Of a stretch of 64,000 nt of DNA, positions 39,319-49,372 are shown piece after piece. The stretch covers positions 62,001 to 126,000 of the IMG/VR virus record IMGVR_UViG_3300042691_055965. One strand, written 5' to 3'. A model generated the notes under the pieces. It was given only the letters and a program-made list of their open reading frames with translations. It searched no databases and was not told where the DNA came from. Positions within the stretch are counted from its first letter, which is position 1. Each line of letters begins with the position of its first letter. The translations under genes were made by a program, and so were the position numbers.

Positions 39319-39324
39319 CTATTT

Positions 39325-39963
39325 TTACTTTTGTAACTTTTTTACTTTGGTAACTTTTCCTATGAATAAATGTTGCCCCACTTTAAATTGAATAACTTCA
39401 TTTAAATTTTCTGTGGATTCAACAATCATTCCTGCATCTTTTAGTTCTTCTCTTACAACATCCCTAACAGTGTCTCTTACAACATCCCTTATCATACTTT
39501 TGATTTCTGAAACATTTATATTTGAACTATAACTTTCTGAAACTGGCATTTTTGTTGGTTGTTGTGTTTTTACGTTTTCGGGGTAATCTGTAATTTTATT
39601 ATTACCCATTTTCATTAATCTTTGAGCACCTTCGATGATATCATCTGAAATTACAGTTGTTCCTACACTAGACGGTTGAACAATTGGTTGTTCAATCATT
39701 AATCTTTTTATTTCGTCTGGTAATTTGGAATTGATAATCTTTGTTTCTTCTATTGGTTTTGTTGGGTCGAATTGTCTTTGTGGTTTTTGTTCACTTAAAA
39801 ATTCTTGTGGTAAATTATAATTTGCTGCCACCGGCTCAAAATTGTCTACCATTGGAGTATTGATTCTTCTATTATCAATAGAACCTGGTTTAATTTGTTC
39901 TTGTCGTTCCATTATTTTTTTTGAAACTGCAAGTCTTTGCATTAACTCTTCTGCTGATCCCAT
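39325..39963 (-). CDS. Hypothetical protein (possible head protein)
   Basis: IINSKLP..IK motif; IRDVVRDTVRDVVREEL helix repeat. Confidence 0.6.
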   Translation of the reverse strand: MGSAEELMQRLAVSKKIMERQEQIKPGSIDNRRINTPMVDNFEPVAANYNLPQEFLSEQKPQRQFDPTKPIEETKIINSKLPDEIKRLMIEQPIVQPSSVGTTVISDDIIEGAQRLMKMGNNKITDYPENVKTQQPTKMPVSESYSSNINVSEIKSMIRDVVRDTVRDVVREELKDAGMIVESTENLNEVIQFKVGQHLFIGKVTKVKKLQK

Positions 39964-39969
39964 GTTATG

Positions 39970-40371
39970 TTATGTTATATTTTCTTCATTATTAAATTTT
40001 GCGTTCACTAAAACCCTTGTCATTGATTTGTCACCATTAGGGTTGTAGTTCGGTCTCATTTCATAAAAATTATCCATTGTTGGTGATAATGTAAATATTT
40101 TATCTAATCTGAATAACCTCCATCCTGGTAATATGTTGTTTTCATTTTTTTCGCTATAGGATGCACCCTCACGTTCCCATGCTCTTAAAACTAAATTACC
40201 TTTTTTACTGTAACCCAAGCATACCGGTTCAATGGTTCTTAAACCTTTACCCCCATTATCTTTTCCATCATAATAAATTATTACAAGTTTTTTCTTTTTG
40301 ATACTATCTTGTAAATCATTTATTGATGCAATTTCGTTAATTATATGTTTTAAGTTACCTAAAAGTTTCAC
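39970..40371 (-). CDS. Stand-alone WYL-domain protein
   Basis: IYY...R.IEP..LG......LRAW...GWRLFRLDKI. Confidence 0.8.
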   Translation of the reverse strand: MKLLGNLKHIINEIASINDLQDSIKKKKLVIIYYDGKDNGGKGLRTIEPVCLGYSKKGNLVLRAWEREGASYSEKNENNILPGWRLFRLDKIFTLSPTMDNFYEMRPNYNPNGDKSMTRVLVNAKFNNEENIT

Positions 40372-40661
40372 GTTACTGTATAATATGGATTATTACTTGT
40401 GTACTTGTTAACTTTGATGTCTTCAATTCTTTCTTGCTTATCAACACTTGTTCCTGCATTTTGGTTGTAAATATCTAAATCACCACCTGTTCCTCTACCA
40501 ATTTTATCACCGTTTGCCAATGCGTCGGGATGTACAGATGAATAAGGATCGGTTGGTTTGAAATCATTTCTTGGGAACAATTTTTTTCTTTGTTCTTCGG
40601 CGATTCTTGACATTTCATTTTCAGGTTGTGAAAAATCTAACTTATCTGATTGTACTGCCAT
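40368..40661 (-). CDS. Hypothetical protein
   Basis: Coupled ORF in a late operon. Confidence 0.6.
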   Translation of the reverse strand: MAVQSDKLDFSQPENEMSRIAEEQRKKLFPRNDFKPTDPYSSVHPDALANGDKIGRGTGGDLDIYNQNAGTSVDKQERIEDIKVNKYTSNNPYYTVT

Positions 40662-40662
40662 T

Positions 40663-41109
40663 TTATATTATTTTTTTTATCAGTTTATTTATTTTAATTA
40701 CTTCTTCTTTTAAATCATCCACAGTTGTCCCATGTTTATCATTTAAATTAAAACTGTTTTTTTCATGTGAAGAAAGGTGTGTATTTTGCATTCCAGCATC
40801 TTGTTTAGTGTCTTTACTATTTGAATCATTATCCCTCCAAACTCTTAAAACTTCATCACACCAATTTTTCATTCTGTATTTTCCATTCAAAACAAATGGA
40901 GCGTCTTCTTCGTTACCACTATATTCATCAAACCAATTTTTAATTCTTTTAATTTGTTGATAAGTAACGTAACCATTGTCCACCAAATCTTGGTTTCTAT
41001 TGTAACCTTCAGTGTTTGAATCGGCTTCAACAGAATTAAAACAATCCTTTAAATGTTTTATTAAAGAATCAGGTAATTTTGCTTTTCTATCGTAAAGATT
41101 TTTATTCAT
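40663..41109 (-). CDS. Hypothetical protein
   Basis: C-terminal LKEEVIKINKLIK. Confidence 0.6.
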   Translation of the reverse strand: MNKNLYDRKAKLPDSLIKHLKDCFNSVEADSNTEGYNRNQDLVDNGYVTYQQIKRIKNWFDEYSGNEEDAPFVLNGKYRMKNWCDEVLRVWRDNDSNSKDTKQDAGMQNTHLSSHEKNSFNLNDKHGTTVDDLKEEVIKINKLIKKII

Positions 41110-41818
41110 CTTTTAAAAGACTTATTAAGTCATCAATACTAATTCCTTGTTTATCTGCCATATTTTTTAATGCCCTTACATTCTTTTTTAAAATATTACT
41201 ATATTCTTTTTTATGTAATAACTTGTCTTCGGAAATGTCATTAACATCTTTTTCTTTTATTATACCTCTAGTTACAAAATCTTTTTTATTTTTAATTTTT
41301 TTCGAAGCATTTTTTTCAAATTTTAAATCTTTTCCTAATTCTTTTGCTCTATCTTTTGCCTTTTGTTCGTCACCTAATTTTTTTTTATAAAATTTAATTG
41401 TTTCTTTAGCGTCTAAATCTTTTGTCTTTTTATATCCGAATGCTTTTGACATATCTTCCTCTTTTACGTGACCTTCACCGTAATATCCGTACCATCCACG
41501 AAGTAGTGGATCTCTTGGGTTTCTTGACATTGCAACAGTTTTTTCTGTGCTTGTAAAACCTTGAACCGTAGATGCTGGATCTTGAAGTCCAATACTTGAA
41601 GTTAACCATGTACCATCATAATCTACAAGCTCTGTAACTTCACCATCTTCTTCTTTTTTATTATTTTCTTTTTTTGTTTTGGATAAAAATATTTTATGAC
41701 TTTTACAAGGCATAAATTTTTTTCTACCATCGACTTCATGTGAATGATATCCATCACAACCCAAAGTCCTTGCTACTCTTAATGCTCTATCCTTTGTAGA
41801 ATATTTATATGATTTCAT
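41102..41818 (-). CDS. Hypothetical protein with an N-terminal DUF3721-like Cys/His module
   Basis: YST...A...A..LGC.G.H.H......FMPC..H. Confidence 0.55.
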   Translation of the reverse strand: MKSYKYSTKDRALRVARTLGCDGYHSHEVDGRKKFMPCKSHKIFLSKTKKENNKKEEDGEVTELVDYDGTWLTSSIGLQDPASTVQGFTSTEKTVAMSRNPRDPLLRGWYGYYGEGHVKEEDMSKAFGYKKTKDLDAKETIKFYKKKLGDEQKAKDRAKELGKDLKFEKNASKKIKNKKDFVTRGIIKEKDVNDISEDKLLHKKEYSNILKKNVRALKNMADKQGISIDDLISLLKDE

Positions 41819-41831
41819 ATAGGCTTTTACC

Positions 41832-41859
41832 TATAAATACTTCAACTAAACTATTTATC
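41832..41859. promoter_or_regulatory. Back-to-back late promoter motifs
   Basis: TATTTATA on the minus strand (41832-41839) and TATTTATC on the plus strand (41852-41859), each facing a divergent gene. Confidence 0.7.
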
Positions 41860-41870
41860 ATTAAAAAAGA

Positions 41871-43820
41871 ATGCCAACACAAAATCTGAATTCGTATTAT
41901 TACAAAAAATATAAGGTGTTACTTAATAGTTCAAACTATTTTGATTTGACACTTGCTTCAGATGAAAGGGATTATGATGAAGAAGTGGTGTTTTCAAATG
42001 ATTTGATAGCGTCAAATAACGGAACAATATTACCAATTAAAATTGATTTATCTTCTTCAAATAATAATCCACAAAATGTAATACAATTTGGTGAATATAA
42101 TCAATCAAACACATTAGTATCAAGTAATTTTTACAATCCAAATAATGTAGATTTGAATTGTTATTCAGCATTTACAGGATTATGTGACGTTGGACTTGTT
42201 GGAACCGATAATGGTTTATACACTGGTTTAACGGGACAAACATTATACTATTCTATGGGTATTCGTGATGATTATAAATTCAATCCACATTACCGTGATA
42301 GAAGATTCAAAATGGTTCCCGTAACCGGATACACAAGACAACCAAACGTTGTTTTTTCAGGTAGACCTAAAAATACTATATATAATATTGAGTCAAAGTC
42401 TGCAAGTACCGTAGGATATTATCAAGAACTTTATGGTGGGTTTTATCAAGGATTTTACAAATTGAAAGGTTATGATTATGAAGTTTTTCCCGAAAGAGTC
42501 AACAAAGGTTGGACAATGGAAGCCGTCATCAAACCAAGACAATTTGACGACTATGAAATTGATACTGATACCGAAGAATATTTGAATGATGTTTATCCTG
42601 AAAATGCTGGAACATTTTTTTATTTTGGCGCAAGAGCTGAAAATAAATTTTATCATTATGCAACGGGAACATCAGAAAGTTTTTCAGGTTATAGTAGAAT
42701 AACAAGTGGACTTACTTGTATTGAAACTTGTGCATGTGCAAATTCAGCGGTGACAAATTCAAACTGTTTTGGTGTGTATCCTCAATCAACAACATCTAAA
42801 ACTCATTCAAAAAATTGTGATTGTGGATGTTTAAGTGAAACAATAGACATTACATCAAAACCTTACGATCCTAAAATAGATGTACTATCTAATGCACTAT
42901 CAATTAGATTAAGTGGTTGTGCAGTGAATCCCGTATTGGTTGTAAAATCAATTGTGACAACGGGATCTTGTATCACAACAGGTTCTTGCTCAACTACAGG
43001 ATTAACATATAGTACAGGATACACATTTGATGAATATGTATCATCACCAATCTATGGTACTTGTAATTACAATTGTGATGATAACACTGAAGAAAGATGG
43101 GTTTATGTCAGTGCGGTATTTGAAAGGTATGAATACTTGGAAGATTGCGACTTATTAAATAAAGGTGGAATTAATGATATAAGAAAAGAAACATATCAAT
43201 CTTCTTTGGATGGTATGTCATATAAATTAATAAGTCCTCCTCAAACACATACAGGTGGAACAAAAGAACAAAAAATACATATTATTAATTTTAACAGAAA
43301 ATGGTATGATGAGGTAAGATATAGACTTGGTGATTTAAAAATATTTGTTAACGGTTATCTTTTTATGATAATTCGAAACTTTGAAGAAATAATTCCAAGA
43401 GAATTAAATACCGAAAAAGAAAAACAAATCGGCGTACCATATAATATATCTTTCGGTGGTGGAACACAAGGGTTACATGAAAACTTAATTTTTTCTTCTT
43501 GTACGACACCTTATGGACCTTATATACAAGATCCTGAATTGTTTCCTAACAATATACTTTCAGCAACGACTTTAAGTGGATTAACAACTGATATTTTACT
43601 TGAACAAAATTTTGGTGGAACCTTTATGGGTGGAATTTCACAATTTAGAATGTATACAGAACCATTAGATTTTACACAAATTCAACATAACTACAGAATA
43701 ATTAAGGATAAATATGATTTGATTGACTACTGGTGTTTGGATTGTCTTCCATTAATTTATCTATATACTGATTATCTTTATATTGAACCACAATATTATG
43801 ATCCACAATTTAATCAATAA
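41871..43820 (+). CDS. Virion structural protein (split LamG-like domain, Cys-rich insert)
   Basis: GWTMEAVIKP...LKIFVNG...FMGGISQFRMY..PL; central Cys cluster. Confidence 0.55.
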   Translation: MPTQNLNSYYYKKYKVLLNSSNYFDLTLASDERDYDEEVVFSNDLIASNNGTILPIKIDLSSSNNNPQNVIQFGEYNQSNTLVSSNFYNPNNVDLNCYSAFTGLCDVGLVGTDNGLYTGLTGQTLYYSMGIRDDYKFNPHYRDRRFKMVPVTGYTRQPNVVFSGRPKNTIYNIESKSASTVGYYQELYGGFYQGFYKLKGYDYEVFPERVNKGWTMEAVIKPRQFDDYEIDTDTEEYLNDVYPENAGTFFYFGARAENKFYHYATGTSESFSGYSRITSGLTCIETCACANSAVTNSNCFGVYPQSTTSKTHSKNCDCGCLSETIDITSKPYDPKIDVLSNALSIRLSGCAVNPVLVVKSIVTTGSCITTGSCSTTGLTYSTGYTFDEYVSSPIYGTCNYNCDDNTEERWVYVSAVFERYEYLEDCDLLNKGGINDIRKETYQSSLDGMSYKLISPPQTHTGGTKEQKIHIINFNRKWYDEVRYRLGDLKIFVNGYLFMIIRNFEEIIPRELNTEKEKQIGVPYNISFGGGTQGLHENLIFSSCTTPYGPYIQDPELFPNNILSATTLSGLTTDILLEQNFGGTFMGGISQFRMYTEPLDFTQIQHNYRIIKDKYDLIDYWCLDCLPLIYLYTDYLYIEPQYYDPQFNQ

Positions 43821-43849
43821 ACTTTATATTTATATAATAAAATTAAAAA

Positions 43850-46800
43850 ATGGCGTTAATAACTAGATCGATAGGACCTGATGCACAAGGATCAAAGTTG
43901 AGTTTTGCACAAATGGATAATAACTTATACTTCTTACAGAGTATCGGTTATACAGGTGGAACTTATGAAAATAATACATTGATTTTGACTAACCCTACGG
44001 GTGGTACTATTGAAACTGTAATCGAATCTTTTACAAGAAACTTCATTCCATCAGGGACATCTATAACAATATATGAAGATTATCAAAATTTAATTTTTGG
44101 TGATTTAGTAGTTCAAGGTGAATTAAATATTGAAAATGGTGCCGAACTAGTTGTGTTGAATGGTGCAATAATAGTAAGTGGAGGAACAATAAATAATTCA
44201 GGATTAACTTATTCAATCACATTACCTGAATATAACACTTTCTTAACTAACGCAACACTCGATTCAAATACAAAAAAATTATCATTTACAGGTAATTTTG
44301 GATTCGTACCGTTTGAAACAGATTTATCATCACTGTCTTTTACAGGTGGTAATGTAAATAACTTATCAACAAACTCATTATCGGCAACTTCAATTACTGC
44401 AAATACAATTGATTTATGTGCAACCAATGGAACCCTTTTTACTGATTCAATATCTGGTTGTTCTCCAATTAATATTTTAAGTTTTTCAAATTTTCATGAA
44501 GGATTAAGTGGGTCGACTATTAGTGGTGAAACTTTTTATTTAAACGGAACAAATATTCAAAATTTATTAGGGGGTGAGTTTTTACCTTTGAGTGGTGGCA
44601 CAGTTACAGGTAACACTATTTTCACTCAAGGAGTTACCGCAAATACTGTTAATAGTTTAAAATTAGGTATTGGTGCTGGAAACATCAATTCAAATATTTC
44701 TATTGGAATTTCTTCACTTCAAAGCAACTCAACTGGTTGTAAAAATATCGCAATTGGAGGTATTTCATTGTATAATAATAATAGTGGTAATTTCAACGTT
44801 GCGATAGGTGATGAATCTATGGTTCAAAACACAACGGGTGGTAGAAATGTTGCTCTTGGTAGAAACACTTTAAGAAATAATGGTTGTGGATACGATAACG
44901 TCGCTATAGGATATAGGGCGTTATATTCGAACACCGATGGAAATACAAATGTGGCGATAGGAAAAAATAATTTATGTTCAAACACAACAGGAAACAACAA
45001 CGTATCATTGGGACAATGTTCTTTATTATCCAATACATCAGGTTATAACAACATTTCATTGGGTAACCAATCTCTTCAATCTAACACTTCCGGTAATAAT
45101 AACATATCACTTGGTACTCAATCACTTGTGAACAATACAACAGGTAGTCGTAATGTGTCTTTAGGATTTTTAGCACTCCAAAACAACACAGGAGGAACGG
45201 GTAATATTGGAATTGGTGAAAGAAGTTTATTAAATAATACACAAGGAAATTATAATGTTGCTGTTGGTAGATTCGCTTTATGTTCAAACACAACAGGAAT
45301 AAATAATTTGGCACTTGGAACTGGTTCTTTATCTAAAAACACAACAGGACAAAACAACGTTGGTTTGGGTACATTATCATTGTATAATAACACAACAGGA
45401 TGTCAAAACGTGTCATTGGGAATATTTTCATTGTATAAAAATACAACCGGTAATAACAACGTGTCGTTGGGTGGAAACTCTATACGATTCAACACTACTG
45501 GTAGTAATAATGTATCATTAGGGTATCAAACACTATTTTGTAACACATCAGGAAGTAACAATGTATCGTTGGGTGCAAATTCACTTTATTCAAATACAAC
45601 AGGAGGTAATAACATATCATTAGGTCAAAGTTCACTCCAATCTAACACAACAGGAGGTAATAACGTATCGTTGGGTACAAGTTCACTTCGATGTAACACC
45701 ACGGGATTTCAAAACGTTGCGTTGGGTAGATTTTCTTTACAATATAACACAACAGGAAATAACAACATAGGTATTGGTTATGCATCATTATGTTGTAATT
45801 TATCAAATGGTAATGTTGGTATTGGTTGGAATACTTTATCTAGAAATACAACGGGAAGTAAGAATTTAGCGGTTGGGTATCAAGCATTGTTTGGTAATAC
45901 TACTGGTGGTTATAATATCGCATTTGGTGATCAAACATTAAGAAATAACACAACGGGAACCCAAAATTTTGGAGTTGGACAGGGTGCTTTACGTAGTAAC
46001 ACAACAGGATTTAGTAACCTTGCAATGGGAAGAACTTCTTTATGTACAAATTCTACAGGATGTTACAATATTGCTATAGGTGATGCTGCCATGTTAGGTA
46101 ATACAACGGGTAGTAATAATGTATCTTTAGGAAAATCATCACTTCGATCAAACACAACCGGTCCGGGTAATGTTGTCATCGGGGCGAATACTTTACAATC
46201 TAACACAACGGGAGGAAGTAATGTTGCTGTTGGATTTTACGCTTTAAGGTGTAATACAACTGCAAGTTTTAATATAGGAATCGGATCACAGGCTTTGTAT
46301 CGTAATACTACGGGTACACCTAATATTGCGATAGGGACAAACGCCCTTCGATGTAACACTACTGGTGGTAATCATATTGCTATAGGTTGTAATGCTCTTT
46401 TGAATAATACAACTTCATATAATAACGTGTCGTTAGGTGTATGTTCATTATTAGCAAACACAACTGGGTCCGGTAATTTTGCGGTAGGGAACACATCCAT
46501 GCGTTGTAATACAATTGGATGTTATAACATTGCATTGGGTACATCTAGTTTATTTAATAACTCAATTGGGAATTTTAATGTTGGTATTGGTAGATTACCT
46601 CTCTTTTCCAACACTACCGGTTCTAACAATGTGGCATTAGGATATAATCCTCTACGGTTCAACACAACCGGATCTAACAACGTATCGTTGGGTACAAGTT
46701 CACTCCAATCTAACACAACGGGCGGTAACAACATATCATTAGGATATAGATCGTTATTGTTGAATACAACCGGAGTTAACAACGTATCTTTGGGTGGAAG

Positions 46801-48220
46801 TTCACTTTGTTCAAACACAACAGGAATTTACAACATATCGTTGGGTTGTAATTCACTACGATTTAATACAACGGGATGTCACAATGTATCTTTAGGTTAT
46901 GCTTCTTTATGTTGTAATACAACAGGAAATAACAACGTGTCGTTGGGTAGGTGTTCTTTAGGAAGGAACACGACAGGATGTAATAATGTTGCTATAGGAT
47001 GTAGCACTTTAGGATCGAATACATATGGATTGAACAACGTCTCAATAGGTTCATATTCACTCGGATTAAACACTACGGGATGTCATAATATTGGTATTGG
47101 GTATCGTTCTTTATACTGCAACACTATTGGATGTGATAACGTTTCGTTGGGTCAAAGTTCACTTCGTTCAAACACGACAGGTAATAACAACGTATCTTTA
47201 GGATTAAATTCTCTTCGTGATAACACTACTGGAAATCAAAATGTAGCAATCGGTAGAAGTTCTTTGTTCAAAAATGTTTCAGGTTGTGACAATGTTGCAT
47301 TAGGTTATAAATCACTTTATTCTAACACTGGAGGAATCTATAATACAGCAATAGGTAGATTAACATTGAACTCAAATGTTACGGGTAATAATAATGTTGC
47401 TATTGGAATCGCATCTCTATTTTCAAACACAACAGGAAGTAACAACGTATCAATAGGACCGGCAGCTTTGAGTACAAACACAATTGGTAATCATAACCTT
47501 GCCTTCGGTTACAATTCGTTACTTCAAAATTTAACAGGTTGTAATAATATATCCTTGGGTAAAAATTCTTTGAAGTATAATTCAAGTGCAGATAATAATA
47601 TTGCAATTGGTGAAAAATCACTCTATGGTGTTAATGGATATAGTGTTGGTGGTAGCAATATTGCTTTAGGAAAACAATCACTACAATCAAATACATTAGG
47701 TGTCAATAACATTGCTTTGGGTACAAATTCACTTCAATGTAACGCTAGCGGTTCTTACAATTTATCTTTGGGTACTCTTTCACTACAAAATAATCTCCAA
47801 GGTTCACACAATATTTCTATAGGTGTATCTTCTCTTCAATATAATACCTATGGTAATAGTAATTTATCCATAGGTTATCAGTCACTTACACAAAATACTA
47901 CAGGATGTTACAATATATCGTTAAGTCAAGGTTCTCTACTTAACAACACAACAGGATGTAATAACATTGCAATTGGTTTGAGTAGTTCTTGTAGTAATGT
48001 CACAGGTTCAACAAATGTTGCCATAGGTTGTCTAACACAAACCGGTAATTTTTCTAACTCTGTAATTTTAGGTGCTGGCGCAACCGCAAGTGCAAATAAT
48101 GAATTTGTTGTTGGTAGTGTAGGGACACCATTAGGGACAATTACAACCGAAGCGTGTACATCAAGTAAAACTTGGCAAATTAGGGTAAATGGTAATTTGT
48201 ATAAATTACTATTGGCTTAA
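43850..48220 (+). CDS. Long tail fibre/adhesin with 17-aa beta-solenoid repeats
   Basis: N-terminal LITR...GSKLSF.QMDNNL anchor; YadA-head-like NTTGxNNVxLGxxSLxx repeats; late motif at 43827-43834. Confidence 0.8.
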   Translation: MALITRSIGPDAQGSKLSFAQMDNNLYFLQSIGYTGGTYENNTLILTNPTGGTIETVIESFTRNFIPSGTSITIYEDYQNLIFGDLVVQGELNIENGAELVVLNGAIIVSGGTINNSGLTYSITLPEYNTFLTNATLDSNTKKLSFTGNFGFVPFETDLSSLSFTGGNVNNLSTNSLSATSITANTIDLCATNGTLFTDSISGCSPINILSFSNFHEGLSGSTISGETFYLNGTNIQNLLGGEFLPLSGGTVTGNTIFTQGVTANTVNSLKLGIGAGNINSNISIGISSLQSNSTGCKNIAIGGISLYNNNSGNFNVAIGDESMVQNTTGGRNVALGRNTLRNNGCGYDNVAIGYRALYSNTDGNTNVAIGKNNLCSNTTGNNNVSLGQCSLLSNTSGYNNISLGNQSLQSNTSGNNNISLGTQSLVNNTTGSRNVSLGFLALQNNTGGTGNIGIGERSLLNNTQGNYNVAVGRFALCSNTTGINNLALGTGSLSKNTTGQNNVGLGTLSLYNNTTGCQNVSLGIFSLYKNTTGNNNVSLGGNSIRFNTTGSNNVSLGYQTLFCNTSGSNNVSLGANSLYSNTTGGNNISLGQSSLQSNTTGGNNVSLGTSSLRCNTTGFQNVALGRFSLQYNTTGNNNIGIGYASLCCNLSNGNVGIGWNTLSRNTTGSKNLAVGYQALFGNTTGGYNIAFGDQTLRNNTTGTQNFGVGQGALRSNTTGFSNLAMGRTSLCTNSTGCYNIAIGDAAMLGNTTGSNNVSLGKSSLRSNTTGPGNVVIGANTLQSNTTGGSNVAVGFYALRCNTTASFNIGIGSQALYRNTTGTPNIAIGTNALRCNTTGGNHIAIGCNALLNNTTSYNNVSLGVCSLLANTTGSGNFAVGNTSMRCNTIGCYNIALGTSSLFNNSIGNFNVGIGRLPLFSNTTGSNNVALGYNPLRFNTTGSNNVSLGTSSLQSNTTGGNNISLGYRSLLLNTTGVNNVSLGGSSLCSNTTGIYNISLGCNSLRFNTTGCHNVSLGYASLCCNTTGNNNVSLGRCSLGRNTTGCNNVAIGCSTLGSNTYGLNNVSIGSYSLGLNTTGCHNIGIGYRSLYCNTIGCDNVSLGQSSLRSNTTGNNNVSLGLNSLRDNTTGNQNVAIGRSSLFKNVSGCDNVALGYKSLYSNTGGIYNTAIGRLTLNSNVTGNNNVAIGIASLFSNTTGSNNVSIGPAALSTNTIGNHNLAFGYNSLLQNLTGCNNISLGKNSLKYNSSADNNIAIGEKSLYGVNGYSVGGSNIALGKQSLQSNTLGVNNIALGTNSLQCNASGSYNLSLGTLSLQNNLQGSHNISIGVSSLQYNTYGNSNLSIGYQSLTQNTTGCYNISLSQGSLLNNTTGCNNIAIGLSSSCSNVTGSTNVAIGCLTQTGNFSNSVILGAGATASANNEFVVGSVGTPLGTITTEACTSSKTWQIRVNGNLYKLLLA
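44690..48080 (+). repeat. About 65 degenerate 51-bp (17-aa) tandem repeats
   Basis: Consensus NTTGxNN(V/I)(S/A)(L/I)GxxSLxx; boundaries approximate. Confidence 0.9.
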
Positions 48221-48258
48221 TTTTCTTTACACTTATTTTCTTTTATAAACTTAATTCA

Positions 48259-49080
48259 ATGGTACAAAAGATTTTTTTTAATACTTCACTCCCAAGAGCG
48301 GGTTCAACATTAATACAAAATATATTAATGCAAAATCCTGATATATATTCAACTCCTACATCAGGAATAATAGAATTATTATCAACCGCCAGAACAATTT
48401 ACACAAATAACGACGCTTTCAAGGCTCAAGATCCCGAAACCATGAAATTAGGATTCAAAAACTTTTGTTTAAAAGGTTTATATGGTTTTTATAATGGAGT
48501 AACTGACAGACCTTATGTAATAGAAAAAAGTAGAGGATGGCTCGGGTATCAAGATTTTGTAGAATTTTTTATGGGAGAAAAACCAAAAATGATTTGTATG
48601 GTTCGTGATTTAAGAGGAATATTTGCATCTATGGAAAAAAACTTCAGAAAAAATCCTGACAAAGATGCTAATATTATTAACACTATTGAGTTAAAAAACA
48701 TGACAACTACGTCTAGAATCGATCATTTTTCGGTTGCACCTCCAATCGGGCCTTCATTAGAATGGTTATCAGAAACTTTTCAAAGAGGACAAAACAATGA
48801 TATTTTATTTATACGTTTTGAAGATTTGACAACTGACCCCGAAACTGAAGTCAAAAAAATTTATAATTATTTAAAACTCCCACACTTCAATCACGATTTC
48901 AACAATGTTCAACAATTGACACATGAAAATGATGTTATTCACGGTATTTTTGGAGATCACAAAATTAAACCTAAAGTAGAACCAATTAAAAATGATTATG
49001 TCGAAATTTTAGGACAAGAAAATTGTGATAGATTGAAACAACATTATGATTGGTATTTTAGAATATTTAACTATATATAA
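48259..49080 (+). CDS. PAPS-dependent sulfotransferase
   Basis: 5'-PSB loop SLPRAGSTL; EKSR.W; 3'-PB VRD....AS; IRFEDL..DP. Confidence 0.88.
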   Translation: MVQKIFFNTSLPRAGSTLIQNILMQNPDIYSTPTSGIIELLSTARTIYTNNDAFKAQDPETMKLGFKNFCLKGLYGFYNGVTDRPYVIEKSRGWLGYQDFVEFFMGEKPKMICMVRDLRGIFASMEKNFRKNPDKDANIINTIELKNMTTTSRIDHFSVAPPIGPSLEWLSETFQRGQNNDILFIRFEDLTTDPETEVKKIYNYLKLPHFNHDFNNVQQLTHENDVIHGIFGDHKIKPKVEPIKNDYVEILGQENCDRLKQHYDWYFRIFNYI

Positions 49081-49107
49081 TAAAATAAAACATAAAAAAA
49101 TAAAAAA

Positions 49108-49350
49108 ATGAAAGAAGAATTAACACAAGAACAAATCCAAAGTAGTATTTTAGCAGCATTTGATTCTGTTAACTTAATAAACAATTTGTTGACAACAGAA
49201 AAAAATGAGGAAAATAAAAACACAGTAAAACGTAATTTTGAACATTTAGAAGTTATGATGAGTAAAGATTGGTTTTCTGAAGCATTATCTACAGAACAAA
49301 AAAACGATATTGATTTATCAATAGAAAACGGTAAATTATTTATTTCATAA
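49108..49350 (+). CDS. Small helical protein, possible fibre chaperone or accessory
   Basis: AAFDSVNLIN...RN.EHLE.M..KDW; located next to the fibre gene. Confidence 0.5.
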   Translation: MKEELTQEQIQSSILAAFDSVNLINNLLTTEKNEENKNTVKRNFEHLEVMMSKDWFSEALSTEQKNDIDLSIENGKLFIS

Positions 49351-49372
49351 TTTAACTTCTTACATTTTTCTT

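Noticed and set aside
44690-48080. 51-bp periodicity as a CRISPR or non-coding array
   Set aside because: It is a degenerate protein-coding repeat with synonymous variation.
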